A DNA stretch of 64,000 nt from Octopus sinensis (Eukaryota): the NCBI RefSeq assembly GCF_006345805.1, contig NC_043002.1, positions 32,922,001 to 32,986,000 of the forward strand, read 5' to 3'. The notes under the pieces were generated by a model that had not been told where the DNA came from, did not search any database, and worked only from the letters and a program-made list of their open reading frames with translations. Made by a program: the position numbers and the translations under genes. This document shows, piece by piece, positions 1 through 13,489 of this stretch. The first letter of the stretch is position 1. Each line of letters starts with the position of its first letter.

Positions 1-22
1 GATCAAACGGTCTAGGTCTGCC

Positions 23-230
23 TCATTTTTTTTTCTTTTTTCTTTTTGTATACAGCTTGAGGTCATCCATATAAAATAGGTGTTTTATTCTCATCTGGGA
101 TTTGGTAAATTCATAGGCAGGCCTGGATTTTCTTAGTATACTTGTCAGGGGAGCAATGATGAAGAGTAATGGAGAGAGCGAGTTTCCTCGGAAAAAATGT
201 CTGAATATTTTCACTTTGCCTTGCGATTTA
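23..230 (-). mobile_element. Non-LTR retrotransposon RT fragment (RLE-type, R4/Dong-like), degenerate
   Basis: Translation has FRGNSLSPLLF (QGDxLSPLLF-like) and HLFYMDDLKLY (YMDD RT motif). Confidence 0.8.
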
Positions 231-330
231 TTAGCACATGTCAGTTCTACTTCTCACACTCTCATTGCTTTCTCCACTCGGAAAAGGGGAGAGAGATGCA
301 ATTTCCCAGTAAATTTGTTGAAATATGAAC

Positions 331-575
331 GGCAGCGAGCTGGCAGAATCGTTAGCATGCTGAGTCGGGCTGCAAAACGCTTAGCGGTATTTCGACCGTC
401 GCTACGTTCTGAGTTCAAATTCTGCCGAGGTCGACTTTGCCTTTCGTCCTTTCGGGGTCGACTTTACCTTTCATCCTTTCGGGGTTGATAAAGGAAGTAC
501 CAGTTGAGCACTGGGATCGATGTAATCGACTACCCACGCACACGAAATTTCAGGCCTTGTGCCTATAGTAGAAAA
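331..575 (+). mobile_element. tRNA-derived SINE, family A (many further degenerate copies, e.g. ~680-870, 11470-11635 minus, 18240-18405, 23215-23410, 52080-52280 minus)
   Basis: A-box-like AGCTGGCAGAATCG, B-box GAGTTCAAATTC, central GTCGACTTTGCCTTTCATCCTTTCGGGGT.GATAA..AAGTACCAG recurring throughout the window. Confidence 0.85.
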
Positions 576-1879
576 GATTTTTTTTTCATTTCATTACTAT
601 ATGTAAATCCCCACACTTTGTCTGTCTCTGTATTGTCCCCCTCACCTTTCGCCCTTGTGGCAAATAAAGGAAATCATTCAACACGCCGACAAAATGCACA
701 GCAGTATTTTGTCCGTCTTTACGTTTAGAGTTCAAATTTCACCGAGGTTGACTTTGCTCTCAATCCTTTCGGAGTCTATGAAATAAGCACCAGTCGAGCA
801 CTGGAGTTAATGTAATCGAATTGTCCCTTCCCCACAAAATTTCAGGCCTTGTGCTTATAGTAGAAAAAATTCTTGTTGTTGTTGTTGCCCTTGCTCTTGT
901 TATTATTAGAGGAGTCCTGCTTGTGTTAGAAGCAATTAGTGTGCGCGCGTGTGTGCGCGCGTGTGTGCGCGTATGCTCACAAATTGACCCATGCCATCAG
1001 CCATCTTGTACTTGCTAATATATCTTTAAATACTTAATATTTATATAAGTTCAAACCACTTCTCTAAGCCTCAACAAGGTCTCTTTATTTACTCGAAATA
1101 GCAACTAAATCTCTCTCAATATATCGTCTTAAGAAATGGCCATACTGAATGAATTAGTCCTCAATAAATTGCCTGAGAAAATCATTTGGAAAAATCGATT
1201 GGGAAAATCATTCGATCATCATCAAATTTCCTCCGATATTTTTTCTGCTTTTTATATTCTAATTTCAAGTCATGATGAAGTCTACTATGCCTTTCATTCT
1301 TTATATGGATGACAATAAAACAATATATTAATCAGGTTTGCTATTGGTAAAGACTATTCCCTTCCCTTTAAAATTTGTTGCCTTTTGCTAAGTTGTAAAT
1401 TCTATCATTGTTGTTCTGTAAGTCCAAGTTAGATTTGAATAAGCAGGCTTGTTTAAAGTACAACCAAGAATGATCATCTTGTCTGTTTTGTCAATATTCA
1501 TCTTTCCAATGCAATAAGAGGACGATTTGGCTGCTATTTTTACCAGGTCGAGAGATTTGATAGAGACTTCCCAGTTGTTTCATTAATGTAGATCGACCAC
1601 ACCGAAGCTCTTTGTTTTTGTTCCTTTAATACTGCTGTTGTCTTCTTCTTCTTCTTCTTCTTCTTCTAATCAGGACTCACGCCACTAGCCACAAAGAATA
1701 ATCTCTAATTCGAGCCTACTCTAAGCTACGCGATAGACTGGTTGCAAGGGCGCGAAAGCTACGTTGTTACCCTCATTCCGTAAACGGTGGCTTTTAACGA
1801 GTGGAGAGCTGAACCATCCTGGGGTACAGAAGATTCGCAATCTAGACTAGGGTCTAAAAGTTTACCACACCATAGTGGG

Positions 1880-2101
1880 TTACTCCATGGTTCATCTGCT
1901 TTGTGGCAGAAGTAGGAAGAAAGAGTGAGACAAGTTATGGTGAAAGAGTACAGCGGGGTTCACCACCCTACCCCGCAGGAGCCTCATGGAGCTTAGGTGT
2001 TTTTGCTCACTAAACACTCAGAATGCCCGGCCTGGGAATCGAAACCACGTTCTTACAAACGCGAGTCCGCTGCCCTAACCACTGGGCCATTGCGCCTCCA
2101 A
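1880..2101 (-). mobile_element. tRNA-derived SINE, family C (related to 32497-32798)
   Basis: Minus strand reads GGCGCAATGGCCCAGTGGTTAGGGCAGCGGACTCGCG...GGTTTCGATTCCC (A and B boxes); body similar to the 32497 copy. Confidence 0.75.
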
Positions 2102-2749
2102 TGTTGCTGTTGTTGTTGTCATCGTCATATCGTCGCTGTTAAACTGCAAACCGGTACTGCCAAACAGACCTGTGATCGAAACCAGTCCAGCCAAAACGAT
2201 CCACATCTGACAGACATTTTATACCTAAGACTGAATCAATTGAAATGTTATTTTCTTAAGTCAGAAAATTGAGGCAGATTTGGCTGTTATTTCTGGCAAA
2301 TTGAGAAACTGAAGTTGAGGCCTCGAAATGGTAGGAATCGGGTTATTACTCCCAACAAAAACTAAATAACAAATGCTGACGATTCGAGTTGTTTGCAGAA
2401 GAATTAGAAAAGAGGAGTACGCACACATTGTTAGCAACTTTACGCACGCACGCAATGTGTGTGTGTATGTGTGTGTGTTAGTGTGTGTGTGTACGTGTGC
2501 GTGCATATGTGCGTATGTACATGTGTATATGTATAGATATATATATCTATTTGTGTACATTTAAACTAATTAAATATTATTTTACAGAATAATAGAATTA
2601 AAATTTCTTTGATTAAAACGCAGTGTATATAGTAGCTAAAGAGAACGTGAGATAGAGAGTGAATTTGTATTTTGAAAGTTACTTTTTATGCAAAATTATT
2701 TCCCCAATGTTGGTCATAGCCCACTGGCTGAAACGCGTGTCTGTATATG

Positions 2750-2763
2750 TTAATGTATGTATG

Positions 2764-2795
<32 letters not shown>

Positions 2796-2837
2796 TGTAT
2801 GTATGTATGTATGTATGTATGTATGTATGTATGTATG

Positions 2838-2890
<53 letters not shown>
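2750..2890. repeat. (TATG)n(TATC)n compound microsatellite
   Basis: Direct inspection. Confidence 0.95.
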
Positions 2891-3614
2891 GTGTGTGTAT
2901 GTATGTATATATGTATATATGCACCTAAGTATTATGAACTATATATGTATGCAAATGTGTATTTTTGTATGTAAGTTCACTGAATAAAAGAAAATAATAA
3001 TACACAGCTACATAATACTATGTTTTTATAATATTCCTGTAAGTAAAATAATATTTAATTCTCATGTCCTACGAATCTGGTCTGTTTCTAGTAGTTCTGT
3101 CAGGTACAGTACAACGCGTCTTTCAGTCGAGTAGTTGACGATTAACCCCACACGTCTCTTTTGCCCAGTTTACTATGTGAAAAAGGTATGCGGACATCTC
3201 ACATGAACACAAAATCTGTCAACGATTATAAAAAGCCCTTTACAAAGAGAGAATACTGTCAGCTTATCTCTTTTTTAGTTTATGACCAACTAAACATGAA
3301 GAAGTGAAAGAAGGCAGCGGGTTATTTATGCTCTGAAATCCTATATGATGCAAGGAAACGACAAACTAAAGATATCGTAGGTATAGAGTTATAGAGTCCT
3401 TTAAGTTGTGGTTTGAGATTCATGTCATATAAACATACGTAGAATATATTAGACCTGAAGTAGAAATAATGATATATACAGAGTGATCAAGGTGATATAG
3501 CATCTATATGACAGATTCCTATTGAAGAAATGAAAAGTTGCTCTGTGTTTGTAGTTCTAATAGGCTACTACAGAGACTTAAAGATTGTCAGCTTCTTATT
3601 CTCCAGTAGGAATG

Positions 3615-4493
3615 TACGAGAGCTGATGAATAAGTATCCTGACTGTTGCCATAGTAACGAAGCTAAAGCACGCAGTGTAAAGCCCCTTGGCACAGATTGC
3701 CCTCGTACTATGCTATGCATGCGCACTAAGTTTTAACTTCTAGCTCACATCTGCTGTTTACAGTAGTGCTTCGAAGGAACGTGTGTAGCGTGTGATCGTC
3801 GCATTGACCATGACAGAGAATGTTGAGCAGAGAATCTACATCAAATTTGACAAAAGTCTGACGATACCTGCTCAGAGGCCTACGCAAAGTTTTCAAAAAG
3901 ATTTGATCGTTCTCGACACAAGTAAGAAGACTGAAACCCGAGTGTCTCTTTGGTCAACTGAAAGCAGTTTTGACGCAAATTTGATAGACACGCGTCTCAT
4001 AACCAAATCTTCAGTGATAATGGACTGAACTGAACCGTAACTAATCTGCACATCCTCTGATAACTCACAGATGGTTATTCAACGATTTGCCCTCACAGCT
4101 GTACGCACATCTACGATGTTTTTCACAGTTCTTCTGGTTGTGGGTCTCCCAAAACGTTAGTCAATATCGATCTTTTTTTTGGCCATCTTGGAAACGTCTG
4201 AACCACTTGTACATTTTCGCTCCATACACTTTCTCCATACACTTTCTGCAACTTTGCGTAGACCCCTGAACAGGTATCGCCAAGTTTTCTCTGTCGTGGT
4301 CAATGCGACAATCACACGCTACACAACTTCTTTCCAAGCAGTGCTGTAAGCAGCAGAGATTAGCTAGAACGTTCAAACTTAGCGCGCAATCACAGCAGTG
4401 TTTAAGGTCAATTTGTGACAAGCGGCTTTATACTGCGTACTCTAGCTTCGTTACTATGGCAACAGTCCGGATACTTTTTAATCAGGCCCCGTA
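3615..4493. mobile_element. Fold-back mariner derivative made of two inverted 5' ends
   Basis: TA at both ends; ~260 bp diverged inverted arms; + arm encodes MTENVEQRIYIKF, - arm encodes MEKVYGAKMYKWFRRFQDG...EDLVMRRVS (mariner HTH region). Confidence 0.8.
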
Positions 4494-5259
4494 TTCTCCG
4501 TTGCCACGGGAAAGAAATATCCTCAGTGGAGTAATTTCATAAGGAAACCCTGATCGTCCTGCAAGTTCAGAATATCATTAACGACAACGCTACCAAGTTG
4601 ATGAAGGCTATCACTAAACATCTCAAGGAAGCGGAGTCTACTATCAGACTTAAGGTGCACAAGGATATTAGTTACATACCTCATCCACCACATGATGAGG
4701 GAAGTTCATGTACGGCAAGACTGGGGAGAACCGTTATGCTTTGATACTTTTTCAACTTATACTAGATTCAGAAGGTAAACAGGAGGAATAATTGGTGTCT
4801 TTATGCAAACTCAAAAAACGTGCTAACAGTGATGCGCACCAAGTTATTGTCATCACTGATGGACTTGATAGTTGTAAACAATGACGGACATGGCATCCTG
4901 CCTCACTTTTGTCCACAGATTTCCGAAGCGTGAGACACTGGACCTGATTATCAAGCCTAGAATGAAAGGATAACCCAGGAGGTTTGTGCATTGTCCGACA
5001 GAACTCTACTTCCTTCTACATAGACCTCATGACTCAAGACGCATCATATACCTTCGGCAACATCTTTTAACTACCAAGTGTCGACGTGCATCCCTTGACC
5101 AATTTTGCATACATGGGGCTGATAACATCATAAGACTTGGAAAGTAGTTCCTTGAGCAACGCTCTTTGTCTGATAACCTAGAATACATGCCCAGAGAAGT
5201 CGCACGACTCTACCGCAACGTACCATCAGATAAAAAGATGAGCCTATATGAGCAGAAGA

Positions 5260-6135
5260 CTATGCATGGATAGAAAGCTCCGTGATGATAGTAACGTCGA
5301 TCATATAGCAGTTTATCGTGGACTAATAGCTTACTACCTCTTTGAAGAGTATGTGTTTGCAAACCAGGAATAGGAAATATCAACCAAATACCTGATGCAC
5401 AAAAGGGATAGAGATGCAAGAAAGCCATAAAATGTGACAGCCGATGCAGACTTTGAGGAGTTCACACTGAAGATATCACCCACATCATAAGCAGTTGTCC
5501 GAAAATGCTATCATGGTAATATCTACCTATGAGATATGATTTTTTAGCTAGGACAATCTATAATGAAATCCGTCGGAAGGATAATCCCGAGGACAAAGAA
5601 ATAAGAGCCCACAGTGTGGTAGATGCCATAGCCACTCATAATAAAAAGGAATACTGGTGAAATGTACCAGTGAAGACCTCAATAAAATGTAAGCACAACA
5701 GACCAGATATTGTCATTTGGGGTGAAGAAGAGAAACTGTGCACAGTAGTGGAAATTAGCTGCCCAGCGAATGTTAACATAAAGCTGAAGATCAGTGAAAA
5801 AGAAAATACCTATACTGAAGTATTGAGAAATCTGCAGTTAATCTATCCAGATTACAAGTTCAGGTTTATACCTGTAATTATTGGGGCACTGGGATATGTA
5901 ACACACTGCCTAAATACCAATCTTGAGAAATTAGGTTTCTCAAAACCAGTGAAGAGAAAGCTAATTCGAAGACTTCAGATCCAATCCATCACTGGAACTA
6001 TAAAAATCTGTAAAACTCTCCAGAAGCTTATCATTTAAATATATATGAGCATTCTAGATATGCAACTATATGCATGAGAATACATACATAAAGCAAGACA
6101 TGCAAATCTACACAGATACATACATACATGCTTAC
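5260..6135 (+). mobile_element. RLE-type non-LTR retrotransposon 3' relic (zinc knuckle + restriction-like endonuclease), disrupted by stops
   Basis: CRL*GVHTEDITHIISSC knuckle, HNRPDIVIW, VEISCP, IPVIIGALG; 3' part homologous to 26529-26690. Confidence 0.85.
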
Positions 6136-6140
6136 GCTTA

Positions 6141-6222
<82 letters not shown>

Positions 6223-6716
6223 TACATACAGATTTGTATATGTATAGATATATGCATTCAAAAATTGCATGTTTGTGTATATGTGCTTGTGGGTGTATGT
6301 AAGGGATTATAATCCCAATTGTGTCCTCGTGAAGCAGATCTGCATATCCACATTAATCAAATGTATGTATATACATATTTTATTTTGAATGAGGTATATA
6401 CAGCAGTTGACGTTTTTGTTAAATTCTATTACATTCAAAACAAGTGTCTGGAAGAAATCGGTATATTTTTTAATTCCATGACACACGTATTTCATTTCAG
6501 GATTGAAGTTACAAATGTATGTATTTAGGAAGAAAAAAACATGTATAGAATCTCCTATACGTAACATTGCAGGTTCATACAAAGCTTTAAAAGAAATAGT
6601 ACAAATTCACACTGGATGTTGCTGCAACTTATGGTATTAAACATTAATCAGGAATATATTGAAAGACAGAGAGAAGGAGTCAAAGAAGATGGAAAAAAAT
6701 AATATTTAGAGAGTGA

Positions 6717-6751
<35 letters not shown>

Positions 6752-6755
<4 letters not shown>

Positions 6756-6981
6756 TGACGTATATTTGCCATTTGAATATGGCTAACCCCTAAGGGTGAA
6801 TGCTACTGTAGTTTGTAGCCCCAGGAGGACACCTCCTCCAGCTGGCTATAGACACACTTTCTGTGCCCTATCAGTATTTGCAAAGGGAAGCCATCCTTCC
6901 CGTCTTCAACTTATGATACACACGGACTCGAGTTTCAGGGTATTGACCCGTCATATTCAAATGGCAAATATACGTCACGAT
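6752..6981. mobile_element. MITE with 30-bp perfect terminal inverted repeats
   Basis: ATCGTGACGTATATTTGCCATTTGAATATG ... CATATTCAAATGGCAAATATACGTCACGAT; interior resembles 53275-53375. Confidence 0.85.
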
Positions 6982-7024
6982 GTGTTGCTGCTACTGTTTA
7001 TAACTCGCTCTGAGATTTATCATT

Positions 7025-7415
<391 letters not shown>

Positions 7416-7558
7416 AAGAAAGTTGGTTTGTGAAAGCACGTGGTTGAATATATAGAAAATAGTAAAAAGTGAAAAAACTACAGAAGGCTTAAATGTTAAA
7501 AAATATATATTTGCGTCAATATGTTTGAATATATACATATAGTAGTATAGTCGTCATT

Positions 7559-8113
7559 AAAGTGACTGAGGGTGCTAGTCAGCAGCAGCATTGGCATAGA
7601 TAAGAGTCAAAACAACCCTTAGCCACGTGAGAGCGCTTATCTAACGACTGACAAGGAAGAGAAGCTCTCTACGGCAAGCGAGAAGGAGTTATATCATCGA
7701 TAATTTCAGATTTGATTAGTCTTCATTAATGACTCATTACTCCGTTCTCGAGGGTTAAAAATTTAGATCACCTTGTCAGCCTTGTAGAAAACACCATAGC
7801 AAACTGACTGATTTCGAAAATGGTGAAGTGAGAGTTATAAATTATTAAAGTGGAAATTCGCAAATTATAACCAAAGTGACTGAGGATGGTAGTAAGCACC
7901 AACATTGCTAGAAATAAGAGTCAAAACAACTCTTAGCCACGTGAGAGAACTTATCTTACTACTGACAAGGGAGACAAGTTCCCTACGGTAAGCAAGAGGA
8001 GTCATATAATCGATGATTTCAAATATGATTAATCTTGCCCAGTGACCCACTACTCCGTCGCCGAGGGTTAAGAAACTTAATTCACCTTGTCAGTCTTGTA
8101 GAGAACACCATAG
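7559..8113. repeat. Diverged tandem duplication, period ~314 bp
   Basis: AAAGTGACTGAGG..., ATAAGAGTCAAAACAAC.CTTAGCCACGTGAGAG and TCACCTTGTCAG.CTTGTAGA.AACACCATAG each occur twice (units start 7559 and 7873). Confidence 0.85.
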
Positions 8114-8212
8114 GAATCATTGACTTAATAATAATAATAATAATAATATTGACAACTGGTTGCTGTCCGGTCTCACTGAATCAACCAAAGCAAGTAAGAC
8201 CAAAAGCTCAGA

Positions 8213-8284
<72 letters not shown>

Positions 8285-8347
8285 TGAAGAAGAAGAAGAA
8301 GAGAAGAAGAAGAAGAAGAAGAAGAAGAAGAAGAAGAAGAAGAAGAA

Positions 8348-10592
8348 ACAACAAAAGCTATAAAACAAATGAAATCCAAACTAAAAATAGAACAGCAACG
8401 AACCATGATAAAACGATCGCAAGAAAAGCCCCTTCATGGTAAATACTGGACTAAACTAAACGCAATAGAAATAGACAAAGAAAAATCCCAGCAATGGTTG
8501 AGAAGCTCAGGACTCAAAGCAGAAACAGAGGGATTTTTAATTGCAGCACAAGACCAAAGCCTCCCCACCAGAAATTACCAAAAACATGTAATGAAAAGAA
8601 ATATAACAAGTAACTTCAGAATATGTGGAGATGGACAAGAAACAATAAATCATATTATCTCTAGCTGCCCAGTCCTGGCTAAGAAGGAATATATTCATAG
8701 ACATGACAGAGTTGGAACTTACATACATTGGAAGCTATACCAACATTATGGAATAACAACAGAAAAAAGATGGTATAGGCACACACCAGAAAATGTCACA
8801 GAAAACGAGAAAGCAACCATACTCTGGGATATGCCGATACACACAGATAGAGAAATTAAGGCCAACAGACCAGATATAGTTGTCAAAGATCACGAAGAAA
8901 AAAAATGCTTTCTAATTGATGTATCAATACCGGCTGATGAAAACGTGTCTCTAAAAGAAATGGAGAAACTCTCAAAATACAAAGACCTGGGAATAGAGGT
9001 AACCAGAATGTGGAATCTAAAAACAGAAGCAATTCCTATCATAGTAGGTGCTTTAGGCATGATAAAAAAATATTCAGACAAATACATAACAAAAACACCA
9101 GGACTTACAAACACATATACGAGGGACGTTCAATAAGTAATACCCCTGACCCACTTGCAGTTGTTTGATCTAGCTGAAATTTTGTATGTGCAATTATTTA
9201 TATCTCTATAAAGTAAGTGGCAAATTACAGCTCTGAATTAATTGAGGTTTCTTATTTACAGGTGTTTGAACCGAGTCAAGTGTGAAATGGAGCCTGTTGA
9301 GTGTCGAGCAGTGATCCGGTTTTTGTATTTGAAAGGACGCACACCACGGGAGACTTTTGATTAAATGAAAGTAACTTATGGTGATGATGCCCCATCATAT
9401 GACCTTGTAAAACGCTGGCATCATGAATTCAAACATGGTCGGAACTCTGTGGAAACAGCTCCCAGATCTGGTCGCCCCTTCTGCCATTGATGAGGCATCT
9501 GTCCGTCAAGTTGAGGCTGCCATTTTGGAAGATCGACGCATAATTATTCGCCAAATAGCCCATGAGGTCAAGATTAGCACCGGGTCTGTGGAAACTATCA
9601 TTCATGACCATTTGCATATGCAAAAGGTGTCTGCTAGATAGATTCCCAGGTTGCTCACGCCTTTCCAGAAGCAAGAACGCGTCGAGTGCTCGAGGGTGAA
9701 TTTGGAGATGTGCCAAGAAGATGAGTCAACATTTTTCAAAAGACTGATTACACAGGATGAAACCTGGGTCCATCACGATGATCCAGAGACCAAAGCCCAG
9801 TCAATGCAGTGGAAGCACCGTGACTCACCCCCTCCAAAGAAGGCAAGGGTGCAGCCCTCCGCTGGCAAGGTCATGCTCACAGTCTTCACAATTGCAGGAG
9901 CCTATTATGCTTCACTTTTGAAGAAATTAAGAGAAGTTATCAAAATCAAGAGGCGGGGCAAGATCAGCAAAGGCATCCTCCTCCTGCAGGACAACGCTCC
10001 GGTCCACAACTCGCTTGTCGCCAGATCAGAAGCACAGGCGTATGGCTATGAACTCATCCCCCATCCCCCTACTTTCCTGACCTTGCACCCTCTGATTTTC
10101 ACCTCTTCCCAGTCATGAAGTTGTTTTTTAAAGGAAAGCGTTTCCCAGATGATGCAGCCTTGATTTCTGAAGTCACGTTCAGGTTGGAGGACCAAGCTGG
10201 GATCTACAAAAACGGTCTCCAGAGCTGCATCAAACAATGGGAGAAATGCATAACTCTGGGTGGTTCCTACGTAGGAAAAGACTAATAAATGTGCCAAGTT
10301 TCGTTGCCCTACTGCTATGGGAAGTGGGTCAGGGGCATTACTTATTGAACGCCCCTCGTTACATACAGAAAATTGCAATACTAGGCACTGCACACATCCT
10401 ACGCAGAACACTTTCCATACAATAACCATCAGAGCATCACAACAAATCACAGCACATACCCAAGGCACACAGAGCTGCGCTCGGTAGTGAAGCGAAAGCA
10501 CGCTATAAAAATAAAACTACTGAATAATAATAATAATAACAATAATAATAATAATAATAATAATATAATAATAATAATAATAATAATAATAT
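8348..10592 (+). mobile_element. 5'-truncated RLE-type (R4/Dong-like) LINE in a (TAA)n tract, interrupted by a mariner
   Basis: ORF 8369-9119 has LHGKY, ETEGFLIAAQDQ, RICGDGQETINHIISSC, RHD, RPDIVV, IDVS, KYKDL; continues after the mariner as IQKIAILGTAHILRRTLSIQ* (stop 10425); (TAA)n tail; (AAT)n(GAA)n on the 5' side. Confidence 0.92.
9118..10360 (+). mobile_element. Near full-length mariner transposon, transposase pseudogene (9287-10285)
   Basis: 37-bp TIRs CGAGGG(A/G)CGTTCAATAAGTAAT(A/G)CCCCTGACCCACTT; TA left TSD (right one reads TT); motifs RSGRP, ITQDETWVHH, LQDNAPVH, PDLAPSDFHLF with stops and frameshifts. Confidence 0.93.
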
Positions 10593-11041
10593 AGTGCGTC
10601 CATACTCAAGAGGAATAAGGAGAAAATATCAACACTGGATAGAAGGACGAAAAAGTTGATGACGCTGCATGGGGCGCTACACTCTAAAGCAAACGTAAAC
10701 AGACAGTTTACGAAATGAAATAATGGTGGCAGAGGACTAATTATTATAGACCATTGCATAAGGAGAGAAAGGAGAACGCTTGCCGAGTGTTTGATAAATA
10801 GTGATGAAGACCTGCTACCATATGCCGCGAAAGATAATGGTGTAAATGCAGATGAAATGATGGGCAAGGAAGAGTTTAACCAAAGAGCTGAGGAGAAGAG
10901 AAAAGACCTTGAAATGAGAATGCATGGACAGATTGAAAGGAATACACAGAACATTAAGGATAATACAGCATCGTGGGCATAGCTTGAGCGAGGTAATTTG
11001 AAGCGTACCACCGAAAGCCTGATCAATGCTGCACAAGACTA
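10593..11041 (+). mobile_element. Second RLE-type LINE fragment (post-RT region)
   Basis: LDRRTKKLMTLHGALH...GGRGL...MHGQ...TESLINAAQD with in-frame stops. Confidence 0.75.
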
Positions 11042-11042
11042 G

Positions 11043-11460
11043 GTATAAAAGATCGGCTGCAGCAAATATTCTGCTTAACACCGCTGATTTGCCTGTCAGT
11101 TGTTTGACCATAACCAGTTGAGAATATCCCTTAGTGGTTGACAATATGTGCATTTCTGATCACGAGCAGAAGTAGTGAAGGGTCTTTGGGGCTTGAAAAA
11201 TTCACCTCTGTAAACAAGCCTTATTCAAGGACCTTTTGAGCGGGATGGGCTACTCGACTTTGAGAAAATTCTAACTTGGCTCCCCACCTGCAAGGTCATG
11301 CGCTGTTTATCTTGATAGGAGATGGCCATGTCACGCACATATGGTTGTGATACGGGTACCTGGTATGCTCTTATCACTCGCGTAGCCATGATGGGTTTAT
11401 TAGGCTTCGTATATTTGTACCCCAGAGTCACTTTGATGGCAGCGCCGCTATCACACTCAA
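11043..11460. repeat. Interspersed ~430-460 bp repeat associated with (TAA)n, copy 1
   Basis: Homologous to 12075-12532 (GGTATAAAAGAT.GGCT.CAGCAAATATTCTGCT ... GTCACTTTGATGGCA ... CACTCAATAATAA). Confidence 0.8.
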
Positions 11461-11694
11461 TAATAATAATTTTTTGTACAAGACTTGCAAATTCGGTGGG
11501 AGAACAACTGGTACTCATTTTATCGGCCCCGAAAGGATAAAATACAAAGTCGACCTCAGCGGTATTTGAATTCAGAACGTAAGGACGGTGGAAATGCCTC
11601 CGCCCCCGCCCGGCGGGCTAACGATTCTGCCAGCTCAATAATAATAATTATTATAATGATGATGATGATGATGACAACAACAACAGCAATGGTA

Positions 11695-11746
<52 letters not shown>

Positions 11747-11940
11747 TTTCTTTTATAGTCTGCAAGGGCCCAAAACATGGAAGACAATATCGAAAGACAA
11801 GTTACAGCACACAATAACAAAACAAAAACAAAACAATAGAAAAACAGGTGGGACTTACATCGATCAAAGAGAGATACTATGACATTAAAGGATATAACAG
11901 AAGATGTATAATAGAAATTAGAGAAATAAATAGTAACTGA

Positions 11941-11995
<55 letters not shown>

Positions 11996-12074
11996 TTAAT
12001 AGTAATAATAATAATAATAATAATATAATAATAATAATAATAATAATAATTATCATGTACATTGTTTTGTCTTG

Positions 12075-12531
12075 GTATAAAAGATGGGCTACAGCAAATA
12101 TTCTGCTCAATACCACAGATTTGCTTGTCAGTTGTTTGACTTTAACCAGTTGAGCATGTCCCTTGGTGGCTGACGATATGTGCATCTCTGATCACGAGCA
12201 GAAGTAGTGGGGGAGCATCATAGCCATGTGTTGAGAGGGATTCTTTGGGGTTTGAATAATTCACCTCTGGAAACATGGGTGTTTCGTTCAACATCCTTAA
12301 ACAACCCTTATTCAGGGACCTTTCGAGTGGGATGGGTTACTCGACCTGAAGAAAATTCTAACTGGGCCCCACCTGCTGTTTATTTTGATATGAGATCACC
12401 ATGTCGCGCACATATGGTTGTGATGCATGTGCCTAGTGTACCCTTATCAGACGGGTAGTCATGTTGGGTATACTGGGCTTCGTATATTTTACCCCAGTGT
12501 CACTTTGATGGCATGCACTGCTCTCTCACTC

Positions 12532-12532
<1 letters not shown>
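12075..12532. repeat. Interspersed ~430-460 bp repeat associated with (TAA)n, copy 2
   Basis: Homologous to 11043-11460; flanked on both sides by (TAA)n. Confidence 0.8.
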
Positions 12533-12563
<31 letters not shown>

Positions 12564-12655
12564 GTCCATAATTGTTACTCATTCTCAGACTTATTTTTGC
12601 GAAATTACAACTTATGACCTTCTGGAAGACATGTGTAAATGTGTTTGTGTTTGTA

Positions 12656-12702
<47 letters not shown>

Positions 12703-12712
12703 ATGTGTTTGT

Positions 12713-12764
<52 letters not shown>

Positions 12765-12780
12765 GTATGAAGATAGATAT

Positions 12781-12815
<35 letters not shown>

Positions 12816-12867
12816 AGACAGACAGGTAGACAGAAAGACAGACAGACAGACGGATAGACAGACAGAC

Positions 12868-12929
<62 letters not shown>

Positions 12930-13065
12930 CTTTCTTTATTGGCCACACAGTGCTGAGCACAGAGGGGACAAATACAAATGTAGAACTTTTCTTTTCGAAA
13001 ATGAAAAATAAAAAGGAAAAAAAGGGGAACAAATGTAAAATTCCGATCAAAAGGGATCGAAAATA

Positions 13066-13114
<49 letters not shown>

Positions 13115-13489
13115 GACATGCTCGTGCGCACGCTCATTCTCACGTACATACTCTCGCACATACATGCAAAAACCTACACCATGACTGCCTTCCCCATTTA
13201 AAACATTTTTTTTCACACTTAACCCAAGTGCTCCGCTATGGTTTAGAACCCCATAATCAGTTTTTTTAAAGAAGTATGTTTGTCAATCGAACAGTCGTAG
13301 TATGAATAGCGAAGGTAGAGGAGCAGTTCTCGGGGACAAGATATCATGTGAGTTATAAGACATGTCTACCCAAGTATTGTTGATCATTATGCAGGAACAG
13401 ATCGAACACAATCAGATTAACTAATCATTCCACTAACAACATTTAGAGATAGAGTGAGAGTGGGGCGGGCGGTATGTCTTAGTCTTGTC

